The notes beneath the pieces were generated by a model that had not been told where the DNA came from, made no database searches, and saw only the letters and a program-made list of their open reading frames with translations. Positions 19,029-28,665 of a stretch of DNA of 64,000 nt are shown here, one piece after another. The position numbers and the translations under genes are program-made. Position 1 is the stretch's first letter. Every line of letters starts with the position of its first letter. This stretch comes from Candidatus Saccharimonadota bacterium (lineage in GTDB: Bacteria > Patescibacteriota > Saccharimonadia > Saccharimonadales > JAGQNJ01), in NCBI GenBank assembly GCA_036826295.1, contig DAISWO010000002.1:77963-141962 (forward strand). The letters run 5' to 3'.

Positions 19029-19511
19029 TTATATGTCGTATTCTTCTTGGCTTATAATCGCTGTACGTTTCTTCTTATACACCTGCTCAATATCGAATAA
19101 ATCTTGCCATCTTAGAAACTGAGATATTGGCAAATCAACGCTAACCGTACCTGATTCACGCAGCTCTAATACCGGAGTCAGATCAGGATGGATGAACGTA
19201 TTTAGTGTATTTGTATAGGATTCTGAAGCGCTCTCTAACCCATCCCTATTGATAAAGAACCCCGAAACGACGCTTCCGATTGCATTAAAGTCATAAGAAA
19301 CAGCTACTAAGGCATCTCCAGAATGGGATCCACGAGATGGAAATTCGACTATACTTCGGAAGACCACATTCATTGAATGATCACCATAAGGGTTAACTAA
19401 CTGATCGCCTTCAGGAAATACAATTGTATCGGCAGCTCTGTCTGGTCGCGGAAACCTAGTATCATCATTTGGTTGAAAACTAAATGTAAACGGGATTGAT
19501 TCAGATATCAT
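19029..19511 (-). CDS. hypothetical protein (160 aa)
   Basis: ORF only. Confidence 0.5.
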   Translation of the reverse strand: MISESIPFTFSFQPNDDTRFPRPDRAADTIVFPEGDQLVNPYGDHSMNVVFRSIVEFPSRGSHSGDALVAVSYDFNAIGSVVSGFFINRDGLESASESYTNTLNTFIHPDLTPVLELRESGTVSVDLPISQFLRWQDLFDIEQVYKKKRTAIISQEEYDI

Positions 19512-19581
19512 AGGTATATTATACTGCAGAATAAAGTATTATGCAATAGTCCGAGCTCGAATAACTGATAACTTGAATAAA

Positions 19582-19658
19582 TGGCAGGGGTGGAGGGACT
19601 TGAACCCGCGACCTTCGGTTTTGGAGACCGACGCTCTAGCCAGCTGAGCTACACCCCT
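19582..19658 (-). tRNA. tRNA-Trp (anticodon CCA), CCA end encoded; one C-U mismatch in T stem
   Basis: Reverse complement AGGGGTG TA GCTC AGCTGGCT AGAGC G TCGGT CTCCAAA ACCGA AGGTC GCGGG TTCAAGT CCCTC CACCCCT G CCA. Confidence 0.88.
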
Positions 19659-19785
19659 ATACGGCTAATTGATAATTAAAGGTTCAAGTCCGACTTGGTC
19701 ACATTCTGCGACCCCGAAACTTTCATACTCTAAGCATAGCTTATAATCTGAAAGATTTCCTTGCGAAATGCCACAGGCATTTCTC

Positions 19786-19845
19786 ACCCGCGACCTTCGG
19801 TTCTAGCGACCGACGTTTCACACCAACTGAGCTACACCCCTATAC
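19786..19845 (-). pseudogene. partial, diverged duplicate of the tRNA-Trp 5' two-thirds (acceptor, D and anticodon arms; no T arm)
   Basis: 17-nt and 18-nt blocks identical to 19604-19620 and 19645-19662; anticodon-loop equivalent reads CGCTAGA (CUA); D stem not pairable. Confidence 0.8.
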
Positions 19846-19987
19846 CTAGTAACTATTTAGATACCAGTTAATAATACAATACGTTATCTGTTATGTCACT
19901 TGAGCTTTTTATCTATTAATATCTAATGAACACAAATCAATCTTTAGCATTTAACCAAAGTCCAACTCTGTTATACAATAGATGCAC

Positions 19988-20638
19988 ATGTCAAAAATTC
20001 CATTAAAGAAACCCGTACTCATCACACTATTTGGCTTCCCAGGTTCTGGCAAAACATATTTTGCAAAAAACCTAACCAACTATATACAGGCCGTACATAT
20101 CAGTACCGATAAGCTTCGAAACGAGCTGTTTACTCGTCCAAGATTCGACAAAGAAGAAAATAGCGTAGTAAGTCATCTTGCTCAATATATGTGTGAGGAA
20201 TTTTTATCAGCTGGTGTCAGCGTAATATATGACGGCAAATGCGATAGACTTTCAAAGCGCCTAGCTTTAAGAGAAATAGCAAAAAAACATAAAGCTGTAT
20301 ATACACTAATTTGGTTTCAGATAGACAAGGACTCAGCGTTTGCGAGAATGAAAAATCGCGATAAAAGAAGAACTGAAGATAAGTACTCTCGAGATTTCAC
20401 AAAAGAAGAATTTGGCAAGTTTATAAGTAGTGTACAGAATCCAAAACCAGAAGAAGATTATCTAGTTTTAAGCGGCAAACACTCGCCTAATATGCAACGT
20501 AGCGCTCTAGTAAGACGACTGTTCGAAAGAGGAGTCATATCTGCCGATTACGTACCTTCAAACGTTACAAAGCCTGGCATGGTAAACCTTGTACCAGGAC
20601 GAGTTGACGAAAGCCGCAGAAATATTTCAATCCGCTAG
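19988..20638 (+). CDS. P-loop kinase/AAA_33-like ATPase (leaderless start at second ATG favoured)
   Basis: LITLFGFPGSGKTYFAKNL Walker A; TACAAT 19974-19979 lies 8 nt before ATG 19988. Confidence 0.6.
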   Translation: MSKIPLKKPVLITLFGFPGSGKTYFAKNLTNYIQAVHISTDKLRNELFTRPRFDKEENSVVSHLAQYMCEEFLSAGVSVIYDGKCDRLSKRLALREIAKKHKAVYTLIWFQIDKDSAFARMKNRDKRRTEDKYSRDFTKEEFGKFISSVQNPKPEEDYLVLSGKHSPNMQRSALVRRLFERGVISADYVPSNVTKPGMVNLVPGRVDESRRNISIR

Positions 20639-20643
20639 AACCT

Positions 20644-21342
20644 ATGTCAAAAACAACAATTAATATCCCTGATATTGGCGACGTAGATTTTGTTAAAAAC
20701 CCTCGGGCAAAAAATATTAGAATCCATATTAATGGCAGTAGAGTTAAGGTAACATACCCCCGTTACGTTTCCCGTACTCTAGCTCGGTCTTATGTAGTAT
20801 CAAAAAAAACGTGGATCAATAATCATAAATCACAAATTCATGTCTTTCACAGCGGTGATCTTATAGGGAAACAGCACAAACTAGTGCTTGAGACATCAAA
20901 TATCACAAAAATATCTTCAAAAGTGACCAACAATACACTTCATATTAATGTTCCGATGGGTGTCGATCCGTACTCGGCATCCGTACAAACAAAGATTCAT
21001 TCAAAAATTGAAAAGATTCTAAAAACTGAGAGTGAAGATCTAGTCACAGATAGGCTAAAGGATATTTCATTTGAGAACAACATCGACTATAGGTCGATCA
21101 ATTATAAAAAGCTTACAAGGCGTTGGGGTAGCTGCGACAACAAAAAGAACATAATCCTAAATCTTTATCTGGTGCAATTACCATGGGACCTAATCAACTA
21201 CGTAATAGTTCACGAGCTAGCTCACACTATAGAGCTTAACCATAGCCCGAAATTCTGGAATATCGTAGAATCAATAATCCCAGATTATAAAAAATTAAAA
21301 ACCCAGCTCAATAAACATTCCCCAGAAGCATACGTTTTCTAA
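20644..21342 (+). CDS. YgjP-like (DUF45/M48-type) metal-dependent hydrolase
   Basis: RRWGSCDNKKNIILNLYLVQLPWDLINYVIVHELAHTIELNHSPKFW. Confidence 0.82.
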   Translation: MSKTTINIPDIGDVDFVKNPRAKNIRIHINGSRVKVTYPRYVSRTLARSYVVSKKTWINNHKSQIHVFHSGDLIGKQHKLVLETSNITKISSKVTNNTLHINVPMGVDPYSASVQTKIHSKIEKILKTESEDLVTDRLKDISFENNIDYRSINYKKLTRRWGSCDNKKNIILNLYLVQLPWDLINYVIVHELAHTIELNHSPKFWNIVESIIPDYKKLKTQLNKHSPEAYVF

Positions 21343-21391
21343 AACCAATAAGCACAAACAATTACTAAATAATATGCGATAATACGACTAC

Positions 21392-22516
21392 ATGGGCGAA
21401 GAACCAACAAAACAACCTACCAAACCACAAGCTGCTGATCATGAAAGGCTAACTAGCCTTATCAATAGTATGGGCGACGGAGTTATTGCTATCGACCAAA
21501 ATCAGAAAATCATTCTTTATAACGGCGCTGCACTAAATATATTAGATAAAAACACTGCCATTCAAAATAGTTTTCTCTCGAGCGTTTTGACAATTATCGA
21601 TAAAAATAAGCAACCAGTTGATATTGCGACTATTATTAATAACACAAAGACTGCATATTTTAATCGCGATTACTTACTGCTCTACCCAGACAAAAGCACG
21701 ATCAATCTATACCTGAGTATTGCGCCCGTAAGGTTAGGTTATGGTCAATCTGATACAGGCGGTTACGTAGTACTGCTCCGCGATATAACCCGTGAAAAAT
21801 CATTAGAAGAAGAACGGGACGAGTTTATCAGCGTTGTTAGCCATGAACTTCGTACACCAATTGCAATTACCGAAGGTAATATTGGAAACGCCCAAATGAT
21901 AGCAGAAAAAACTGGCGATATGGCGCAAATAAAAGAAGCGCTTAGACAGGCTCACGATCAAGTACTTTTTTTGGGTGATATGATTAATGATTTATCCACT
22001 CTGTCTAGAGCCGAGCGGGGAAAATTGAACGTTGAGGTCGAAGCGATAAATGTACACGATCTAATCTTAGATTTGGTTCATAACTATACATCGGATGCAG
22101 AAAAAAAGGGAATCACTATCAAGACACAGATCGACCCAAGCCTAGAATTATTATATTCGAGCAAACTCTACGTTAGAGAAATCCTACAAAACTTTGTAAC
22201 AAACGCTATAAAATACACCGAAGAAGGGTATGTACAGATCGAGGTCCAACGAAGCGAAAAAAGCGTAATTTTCAAGATAACTGATACGGGTATCGGTATC
22301 GGCAAGGCAGACAAAGAAAAATTATTCGACAAATTCTTCCGATCCGAGGACTATAGAACACGAAAGAATAGCGGTACAGGTCTTGGGCTTTACGTAACAA
22401 TGAAGTTGGCTACCTTAATACACGCAAAAATTTCTGTAGATAGCGAGTTAGACAAAGGCTCTACTTTTAAAATCTCTATACCGAATCTACAAAAGCCCAT
22501 TGTAAAGGAAAAATGA
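21392..22516 (+). CDS. cytoplasmic PAS-domain sensor histidine kinase
   Basis: H-box SHELRTPI; N/G boxes NFVTNAIKYT, DTGIGI, GTGLGLY; no TM segment. Confidence 0.88.
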   Translation: MGEEPTKQPTKPQAADHERLTSLINSMGDGVIAIDQNQKIILYNGAALNILDKNTAIQNSFLSSVLTIIDKNKQPVDIATIINNTKTAYFNRDYLLLYPDKSTINLYLSIAPVRLGYGQSDTGGYVVLLRDITREKSLEEERDEFISVVSHELRTPIAITEGNIGNAQMIAEKTGDMAQIKEALRQAHDQVLFLGDMINDLSTLSRAERGKLNVEVEAINVHDLILDLVHNYTSDAEKKGITIKTQIDPSLELLYSSKLYVREILQNFVTNAIKYTEEGYVQIEVQRSEKSVIFKITDTGIGIGKADKEKLFDKFFRSEDYRTRKNSGTGLGLYVTMKLATLIHAKISVDSELDKGSTFKISIPNLQKPIVKEK

Positions 22517-22540
22517 CTGTGGTAGTATTGACATAGACAG

Positions 22541-22567
22541 CACATACTATAGATGTATGTGTTTTTT
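22541..22567 (+). terminator. Rho-independent terminator after the kinase gene
   Basis: CACATAC-tatagat-GTATGTG + TTTTTT. Confidence 0.7.
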
Positions 22568-22582
22568 AATTAGGAGGATCGA

Positions 22583-22978
22583 TTGAGTAAAGAAAAATCC
22601 AAAAACGTCAAGTCACAGTCATTACGGCAGAACATCGAAAGTAATGCTGGATCAAGTAAAAAGAATAGGCGTTTAAAAACTGGGGCGAGTACTGTTTCGA
22701 AACCTCTTAAAAAGGTTATTGGCAAAGGTAAAAACGAATATCACATCCCGTTGCCAGATAACAAAGCTGGACGAATTCTAGGCAAACGAGTTCGGATTTT
22801 TCCTAAATACTTTCGTGATAGTTGGGCTGAGTTAAGGCAAGTTGTCTGGCCAGACAGAAAGCAAACCATCAAGCTAACAACAGCTGTAATTGTTTTTGCC
22901 CTTGTTTTCGGTGTTGCAGTAGCAATAGTTGATTACGGGCTTGATAAATTATTTAGAATATTAATATTGGAGAAATAA
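22583..22978 (+). CDS. secE: preprotein translocase subunit SecE (TTG start, long basic N-terminus)
   Basis: AELRQVVWPDRKQTIKLTTAVIVFALVFGVAVAIVDYGLDKLF; AGGAGG SD 5 nt upstream; precedes nusG. Confidence 0.88.
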   Translation: MSKEKSKNVKSQSLRQNIESNAGSSKKNRRLKTGASTVSKPLKKVIGKGKNEYHIPLPDNKAGRILGKRVRIFPKYFRDSWAELRQVVWPDRKQTIKLTTAVIVFALVFGVAVAIVDYGLDKLFRILILEK

Positions 22979-23520
22979 TGACAAAAAGATACGACACAAC
23001 AAAACAATGGTACGCAATCCACACTTATAGTGGATATGAAGAGAAGGTAGCTGAGAGCATTCGACAGCGCGCCGACAGTCTAGATATGAAAGACAAGATC
23101 TTTCAGATTCTGGTACCAAAAGAAAAGATGATCGAAGTAAAAAACGGCAAACGTAAAGTAGTAGAAAAACGAATCTTTCAAGGTTACTGCTTGGTCGAAA
23201 TGAAGCTGACAGAAGATGCTTGGTATATTGTGCGAAACACCCCTAACGTTACAGGCTTTGTTGGCACGGGTACTGAACCAACGCCAGTGTCATACGAAGA
23301 AATAGAAAAAATCATGAAGCGAATGGGACGAGAAGAGCCAAAGCACAAAATTGACTTTAAAGTTGGGGAAGTCGTAAACATTATCGATGGCCCTTTCAAA
23401 GGTTTTGATGGAGCAATTAACGAGATTGACGTACAAAAAGGCAAACTAAAGGTGCTCGTGAACATGTTTGGTCGTGAAACTCCAGTAGAATTAGACTCGT
23501 TGCAAGTAAAACGCGTATAG
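22978..23520 (+). CDS. nusG: transcription termination/antitermination factor NusG
   Basis: WYAIHTYSGYEEKV.. NGN domain; KOW GEVVNIIDGPFKGFDGAINEID. Confidence 0.94.
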   Translation: MTKRYDTTKQWYAIHTYSGYEEKVAESIRQRADSLDMKDKIFQILVPKEKMIEVKNGKRKVVEKRIFQGYCLVEMKLTEDAWYIVRNTPNVTGFVGTGTEPTPVSYEEIEKIMKRMGREEPKHKIDFKVGEVVNIIDGPFKGFDGAINEIDVQKGKLKVLVNMFGRETPVELDSLQVKRV

Positions 23521-23606
23521 ACAACAGGGGTAATCTATAGTAGTATGTATCAGTTACGCACGATAACTGCATGCTTCAGCAGTATTATGCAAATAAGGAG
23601 ATAAAA

Positions 23607-24029
23607 GTGGCTAAAAAAGTTACAGCAAATTTAAAGATGAAAATACCTGCCGGTAAAGCTAGCGCTGGACCCCCAGTTGGTTCAACTCTTGGTCAATACG
23701 GTGTTAATATGATGGATTTTGTGACACCGTTTAACGAGCAAACACGTGAGTTAAAGGGTACGGTTACAGCACATATTCAGATTTATGATGATAGGAGTAT
23801 GGATTTTAGAGTTGTCGCCGAACCTACAGATGATCTAATTCGACAAAAACTGGGTATCGACAAGGGTAGTGGTAAGCCAAATACCGAGAAAATCAGCAAA
23901 AAACTATCTGATGCACAACTTACTGAAATAGCAGAAATTAAAGCAAACGACATGAACACTGATGATATAGAAGCCGTTAAAAAAATGGTAGCGGGCACAG
24001 CCAGAAGCATGGGCGTGGAGATAGGATAG
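23607..24029 (+). CDS. rplK: 50S ribosomal protein L11 (GTG start after AAGGAG)
   Basis: KMKIPAGKASAGPPVGSTLGQYGVNMMDFVTPFNEQT. Confidence 0.93.
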   Translation: MAKKVTANLKMKIPAGKASAGPPVGSTLGQYGVNMMDFVTPFNEQTRELKGTVTAHIQIYDDRSMDFRVVAEPTDDLIRQKLGIDKGSGKPNTEKISKKLSDAQLTEIAEIKANDMNTDDIEAVKKMVAGTARSMGVEIG

Positions 24030-24033
24030 CAAT

Positions 24034-24447
24034 ATGAGTGGAAACTTTGATTTTTCAAAAGGAACTAGTCGATTCGAAAGTCGAGTAGCAGAAGGTGAAG
24101 GTGATAATACAGGAGATGTTTCTTGGTGGGGATCATTGTCACATAGTGAGGTTACGGAAGCTGCTCAGGATATTTGGCGCGCCGGACACGCTTCATGGGG
24201 CGTAACCGGTAATCCTATCGACCTTTCGAATTTCTCAAGGTTAGCAGACTCTTTTTTAGACGATAGATGGAGCCTACACGCATTGCACCTTGTAAGCAGG
24301 ATTAATCTTAAGACTGCACACCAAGCTTATGAAACTGCGCTAGAAGATAGAATAGATGAACTTGAACGCGTAGTTAGTATGGTGGATACAGGAATATCGG
24401 CAATAATCGATAAGTTCAAGCATGACCAATTTGTTGATCAAACATAG
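24034..24447 (+). CDS. hypothetical protein (137 aa) inserted between rplK and rplA
   Basis: ORF 5 nt after rplK stop; Trp-rich, no motif. Confidence 0.5.
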   Translation: MSGNFDFSKGTSRFESRVAEGEGDNTGDVSWWGSLSHSEVTEAAQDIWRAGHASWGVTGNPIDLSNFSRLADSFLDDRWSLHALHLVSRINLKTAHQAYETALEDRIDELERVVSMVDTGISAIIDKFKHDQFVDQT

Positions 24448-24511
24448 CGTATAAAACATTTAATTTGTGGGAGGTTATAAAAATGCCGATTGAACCACGA
24501 GAGGAGCTAAA

Positions 24512-25486
24512 ATGGCAGAAGCCAAAAAAACAACAAAAAAGACACCAGAACAAGAAGTAGAGATTCTTGAATCTATTAAGAAGGCCGACAAAGCCGTCGT
24601 AGACAAAGAAGCTAAAGAGATCGTTGAAGAAGAAAAGTCTGAGACTATGATCAAAAAAGCCGGAAAACACAGCGCTAAAGGTCTGAAAGAAGAGCAAGAA
24701 AAGTTAGAAAAAATTGAGCGCCAAAAGCATAAAGAAGAGCAAGAAGCCGTTTCTGAGTCAAAACCAAAAGTAATCCAGAAACCAGCACGACCGCATCATG
24801 AACGAAAAGGTAAAAAATATCGAGAAAGCTACAAACTAATCAACAAAGATACTGAATATAACCTAAATGATGCGATTGATCTTGCAAAAAAGACAAGCAA
24901 CGTTAAATTTGATGCATCTGTAGAATTACACGTAAAACTAAACGTCAACCCTAAACACGCTGATCAGAATATTCGTGAAAGTATAGTATTGCCAGCCGGA
25001 ACAGGCAAGAAAATTACTGTAGCTGTCTTTGCCGAAGCAGAAGATGCAAAAAAAGCAAAAACTGCCGGTGCGGATATCATTGGTGAAGATGATTTCTTGC
25101 AACGACTCGACAAGGGGCAATTCGATTTCGATGTACTGATCTCTACACCCAAGCTAATGGCTAGACTAGGTAAATACGCTAAAGACCTAGGGCCAAGAGG
25201 TTTAATGCCAAACCCTAAAAGTGGTACCGTCACAAAAGATGTTGCCAAAGCTGTTACTGAGTCTAAAGGTGGTAAGGTTGAATATCGTGTAGATAGTACT
25301 GGGATAGTCCACTTGGCTACTGGTAAAGTTAGCTTTAGTGACAAAGATCTTGCTCGCAATATAGACACAGTATTTGCTAGTATAAAAAACGCTAAGCCAA
25401 CCTCAATAAAAGGGACTTATGTCGATTCTATCTACATCAGTACATCAATGGGGCCAAGCATAAAAGTTGCAAACACCGTAATTTAG
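24512..25486 (+). CDS. rplA: 50S ribosomal protein L1 with roughly 95 aa Lys/Glu-rich N-terminal extension
   Basis: Canonical L1 begins near RKGKKYRESYKLINKDTEYNLNDAIDLAKK; GPRGLMPNPKSGTVT motif. Confidence 0.92.
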   Translation: MAEAKKTTKKTPEQEVEILESIKKADKAVVDKEAKEIVEEEKSETMIKKAGKHSAKGLKEEQEKLEKIERQKHKEEQEAVSESKPKVIQKPARPHHERKGKKYRESYKLINKDTEYNLNDAIDLAKKTSNVKFDASVELHVKLNVNPKHADQNIRESIVLPAGTGKKITVAVFAEAEDAKKAKTAGADIIGEDDFLQRLDKGQFDFDVLISTPKLMARLGKYAKDLGPRGLMPNPKSGTVTKDVAKAVTESKGGKVEYRVDSTGIVHLATGKVSFSDKDLARNIDTVFASIKNAKPTSIKGTYVDSIYISTSMGPSIKVANTVI

Positions 25487-25616
25487 TTTTAAAACACCCG
25501 ATTAACGCAATATAGTAAATCAAGTTGTAAAAATGATGTTGTAATAATCATCATTTGCTTGTTTGCTGTTGCCCCACCACAGTACAATATAGATATTACT
25601 AAGTGAGGGGAACAAG

Positions 25617-26330
25617 TTGTCTGTATATAGCAACACTCAAATTAATCAAGCAATAAATTATGGGCATATTGTCTGCACGCCGTTCAACCCGAAGCACGTA
25701 GCGCATGCCAGCCTAGACGTGACTCTAGGATATTACTATTATCGAACAGAAAGAGCCGGTGACCACACAATCTACAATCCATTTGATGAAGCCGATGTCT
25801 CTAGATATTTTGAAGGCCCACACAAAGCTGTACCTCATAAAAAATGGTGTGATGACAATGGAGTAAAACTTCTCAAAGGAGTGCCCGCTGATCATCCAGT
25901 AATCCCACTAAAACCCGGAGAGAGAATCCTGGCTCATACACACGAATTTTTCGGCATAAAACCACCAGGCGCATATGAACTAAAATCTCGTTCAAGTTGG
26001 GGCCGAAACGGCATAGCAGTTTGTTTTGATGCTGGTTGGGTTGATCCAGGCTATATTAATCGTTTGACATTAGAAATCTTTAATCTCAACCACAAAGAGA
26101 TCGTACTGTTGCCCGTAGGAGAACGTATCGGTCAAGCAGTATTTCATGACACCGGACAAGTTGAAGGAAACTACGGTGAAGGTCGAGAAAACGGCTTTAG
26201 CGGAAAGTACCAAAGTGGCACAGATCTAGATACCCTAATAAAAACCTGGAAACCAGAAATGATGCTACCAAAAGCGTATAAAGACAAACGCTCGTTGCCA
26301 GTAAAAATCAAAGGACTAAAAGGTGACTGA
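25617..26330 (+). CDS. dcd: dCTP deaminase/dUTPase-superfamily protein (TTG start)
   Basis: SLDVTLG.., SRSSWGRNGIAVCFDAGWVDPGYINRLTLEIFNLN, GERIGQAVF motifs of the Dcd family. Confidence 0.78.
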   Translation: MSVYSNTQINQAINYGHIVCTPFNPKHVAHASLDVTLGYYYYRTERAGDHTIYNPFDEADVSRYFEGPHKAVPHKKWCDDNGVKLLKGVPADHPVIPLKPGERILAHTHEFFGIKPPGAYELKSRSSWGRNGIAVCFDAGWVDPGYINRLTLEIFNLNHKEIVLLPVGERIGQAVFHDTGQVEGNYGEGRENGFSGKYQSGTDLDTLIKTWKPEMMLPKAYKDKRSLPVKIKGLKGD

Positions 26331-28665
26331 CATCCCACAAAACTTTGGTGGGGAAGAATCTACTAATTTAGCTAAAGGCATTTTTATCGTTATCGAGGGC
26401 ACAGACGGCTCTGGTAAGAGTACGCAATATCAGCTACTTAAAGAACATTTAGAAAGTATGGGCCACGACATTGTCCCAATACACTTCCCGCGCTACGACC
26501 AACCATCGAGTTATTTTATCAGGCAATATTTAAGCGGAGCATATGGCATGGGCGACGAAATTAATCCGTATTCTGGGTCAATATTCTACGCGCTGGATCG
26601 ATACGAGGCATCTAATGAAATACGCCAAGCACTTAGCGAGGGTAAAATTGTCCTTTGCGATAGATATGTAGGCTCGAATATGGCTCATCAAGGTACGAAG
26701 TTTGATAACCCAGCCGAGCGTAGAGGTTATTTTATTTGGCTGGACAATCTAGAATTTGGAACACTCGGCATCCCTCGTCCAGATATTAATTTTGTACTGA
26801 ATAATCCATACGACGTGATAACGTCTCGGCTAAAAAATAAACAAGAATCAAGCACACATATCAAGAAAAAAGACGTACACGAAGTGGACCCCAATCACAT
26901 CAAACGATCAATTGATGTATATCGAGACATGTGCGAATTATTCCCTAAAGACTTTGTACGCATTGACTGCGCAAGAAATGACGTTGTATTGCCAGCCGAA
27001 GAAGTCCATTCACTACTCTGGGAAAAGATTACTCCAAGATTACCTGTAATCAATCAGCCTGTTCCTGACAACGAAGATCAAGACTACATCACAAAAAACG
27101 AAAACGGCTCGTTCTCTATTACTAACGCCGGAAAAGAATTCCTTAACGATGCTATTACAAATACAGATGATAATGTCTATGCATTCACTGGCGAAAAGCT
27201 AACACCAATAACCGCAGCAGCAGCTATGGCCAGACTGAGCCGTCGAGGCGATGATATGCGCGTAACAATATTAGATGAGTTCGCAAAAAACCTTGGCAAG
27301 GACGAAGGGTTACTTAAACGCGTGATTACTGCGTACGGAGACGACTCTGTCCAACAACTTGTCGGCCAACACTTGGTGGTAGAAGAAGCGTCAAATCTAC
27401 TAACAAAAAAACTTGAGTGGGGAAGATTGGCTTCATATCTAGAACAATCAACACGTTACATTTATTTTGATCAAAAGGATAAAAACGGTCGATACAAATA
27501 TTTTACCCCGCCAGAGCTAGATGAGTTAACAAAACAAGTTTATGAACAAACGATGGATGAACTCTTTGATAATTATTCAAAACTTGCTAGTGATTTGACG
27601 GAATATGTACGAAATAAATCTACGGTTGCCGAGTCAGAACGCGATATCGCTTGGAAGGGCGCAACCCGTGCCCAAGCTTGCGATGCAATTCGTGCAGTAC
27701 TTCCAGTAGCTACAAAATCAACTGTAGGAATTTATGCGTCAGGACAAGCACTTGAAAGCCTAATAATGCATTTACAAGCTGACGAATTAGCAGAAGCAAG
27801 AACAACTGGCGATAAAATCTTAGCTGAATCTCGAAAAGTATTGCCAGCATTTTTAGAGCGCGCCGACAAGCCAGAACGAGGTGGAGCCAACATTGCTTAC
27901 AAAGCTAATACGGCAAGAAAAGTAAAAAAGCTTGCTTTAGATTACCTGCCTAACAATAACGTTGGCTCTAATGATGATGTGGTTCTGACTGATTATTGGC
28001 CAAAGAACGAGTTCGACCTAGTTGCCGACATGTTATACGATCACAGCTCGTTATCGCTTGAGGATATTCGTAGTGAGGTTTCTGACTGGCCATATGAGCG
28101 TAAAAAAGAGGTTTTTGACGCGTATGTGGGCGAAAGACTAAATCGGCGTCATAAACCCGGTAGAGCCCTAGAAAAGGCTCATTACAGCTGGGATCTTGTG
28201 TGTGATTACGGGATTTTCCGCGATTTACAGCGTCATCGTATTGTAGATGATCTAGAGTGGCAACTATTAACACCAAGATATGGTTATGAGATTCCAGAAC
28301 TTGTAGAAAAAGCCGGTTTGAGTGACCTTTTCGAACAATGCTTTGATTTAAGCCTAAAATTGTACAGCGACATGCAACAAGCTGGATATCCCCTTGAGGC
28401 CCAGTACGCAACACTCCTTGGTCACAAAATGCGCTGGAAAGTTACTTATAACGCAAGAGAAGCATTTCATTTACACGAACTGCGTACTGCGCCTCAAGGT
28501 CACCCTGGATACCGAAAGTTAGTTAAGCAAATGCACGACAAATTATGCGAGGTACACCCATCAATTGGCGTAGCCATGAAGTTTGTTAATAAAGATGAAG
28601 ATCCCGAGCTAACCAGACTAGCAGCTGAAAGATATACTCAATTTAAACTTAAAGACCTTCAGTAG
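26323..28665 (+). CDS. fusion protein: N-terminal thymidylate kinase + C-terminal extended ThyX-type (flavin-dependent) thymidylate synthase region
   Basis: Tmk P-loop IVIEGTDGSGKSTQ and DRYVGSNMAHQ; C-terminal ThyX RHR motif FRDLQRHRIVD plus HLHELRTAPQGHPGYR. Confidence 0.72.
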   Translation: MTDIPQNFGGEESTNLAKGIFIVIEGTDGSGKSTQYQLLKEHLESMGHDIVPIHFPRYDQPSSYFIRQYLSGAYGMGDEINPYSGSIFYALDRYEASNEIRQALSEGKIVLCDRYVGSNMAHQGTKFDNPAERRGYFIWLDNLEFGTLGIPRPDINFVLNNPYDVITSRLKNKQESSTHIKKKDVHEVDPNHIKRSIDVYRDMCELFPKDFVRIDCARNDVVLPAEEVHSLLWEKITPRLPVINQPVPDNEDQDYITKNENGSFSITNAGKEFLNDAITNTDDNVYAFTGEKLTPITAAAAMARLSRRGDDMRVTILDEFAKNLGKDEGLLKRVITAYGDDSVQQLVGQHLVVEEASNLLTKKLEWGRLASYLEQSTRYIYFDQKDKNGRYKYFTPPELDELTKQVYEQTMDELFDNYSKLASDLTEYVRNKSTVAESERDIAWKGATRAQACDAIRAVLPVATKSTVGIYASGQALESLIMHLQADELAEARTTGDKILAESRKVLPAFLERADKPERGGANIAYKANTARKVKKLALDYLPNNNVGSNDDVVLTDYWPKNEFDLVADMLYDHSSLSLEDIRSEVSDWPYERKKEVFDAYVGERLNRRHKPGRALEKAHYSWDLVCDYGIFRDLQRHRIVDDLEWQLLTPRYGYEIPELVEKAGLSDLFEQCFDLSLKLYSDMQQAGYPLEAQYATLLGHKMRWKVTYNAREAFHLHELRTAPQGHPGYRKLVKQMHDKLCEVHPSIGVAMKFVNKDEDPELTRLAAERYTQFKLKDLQ

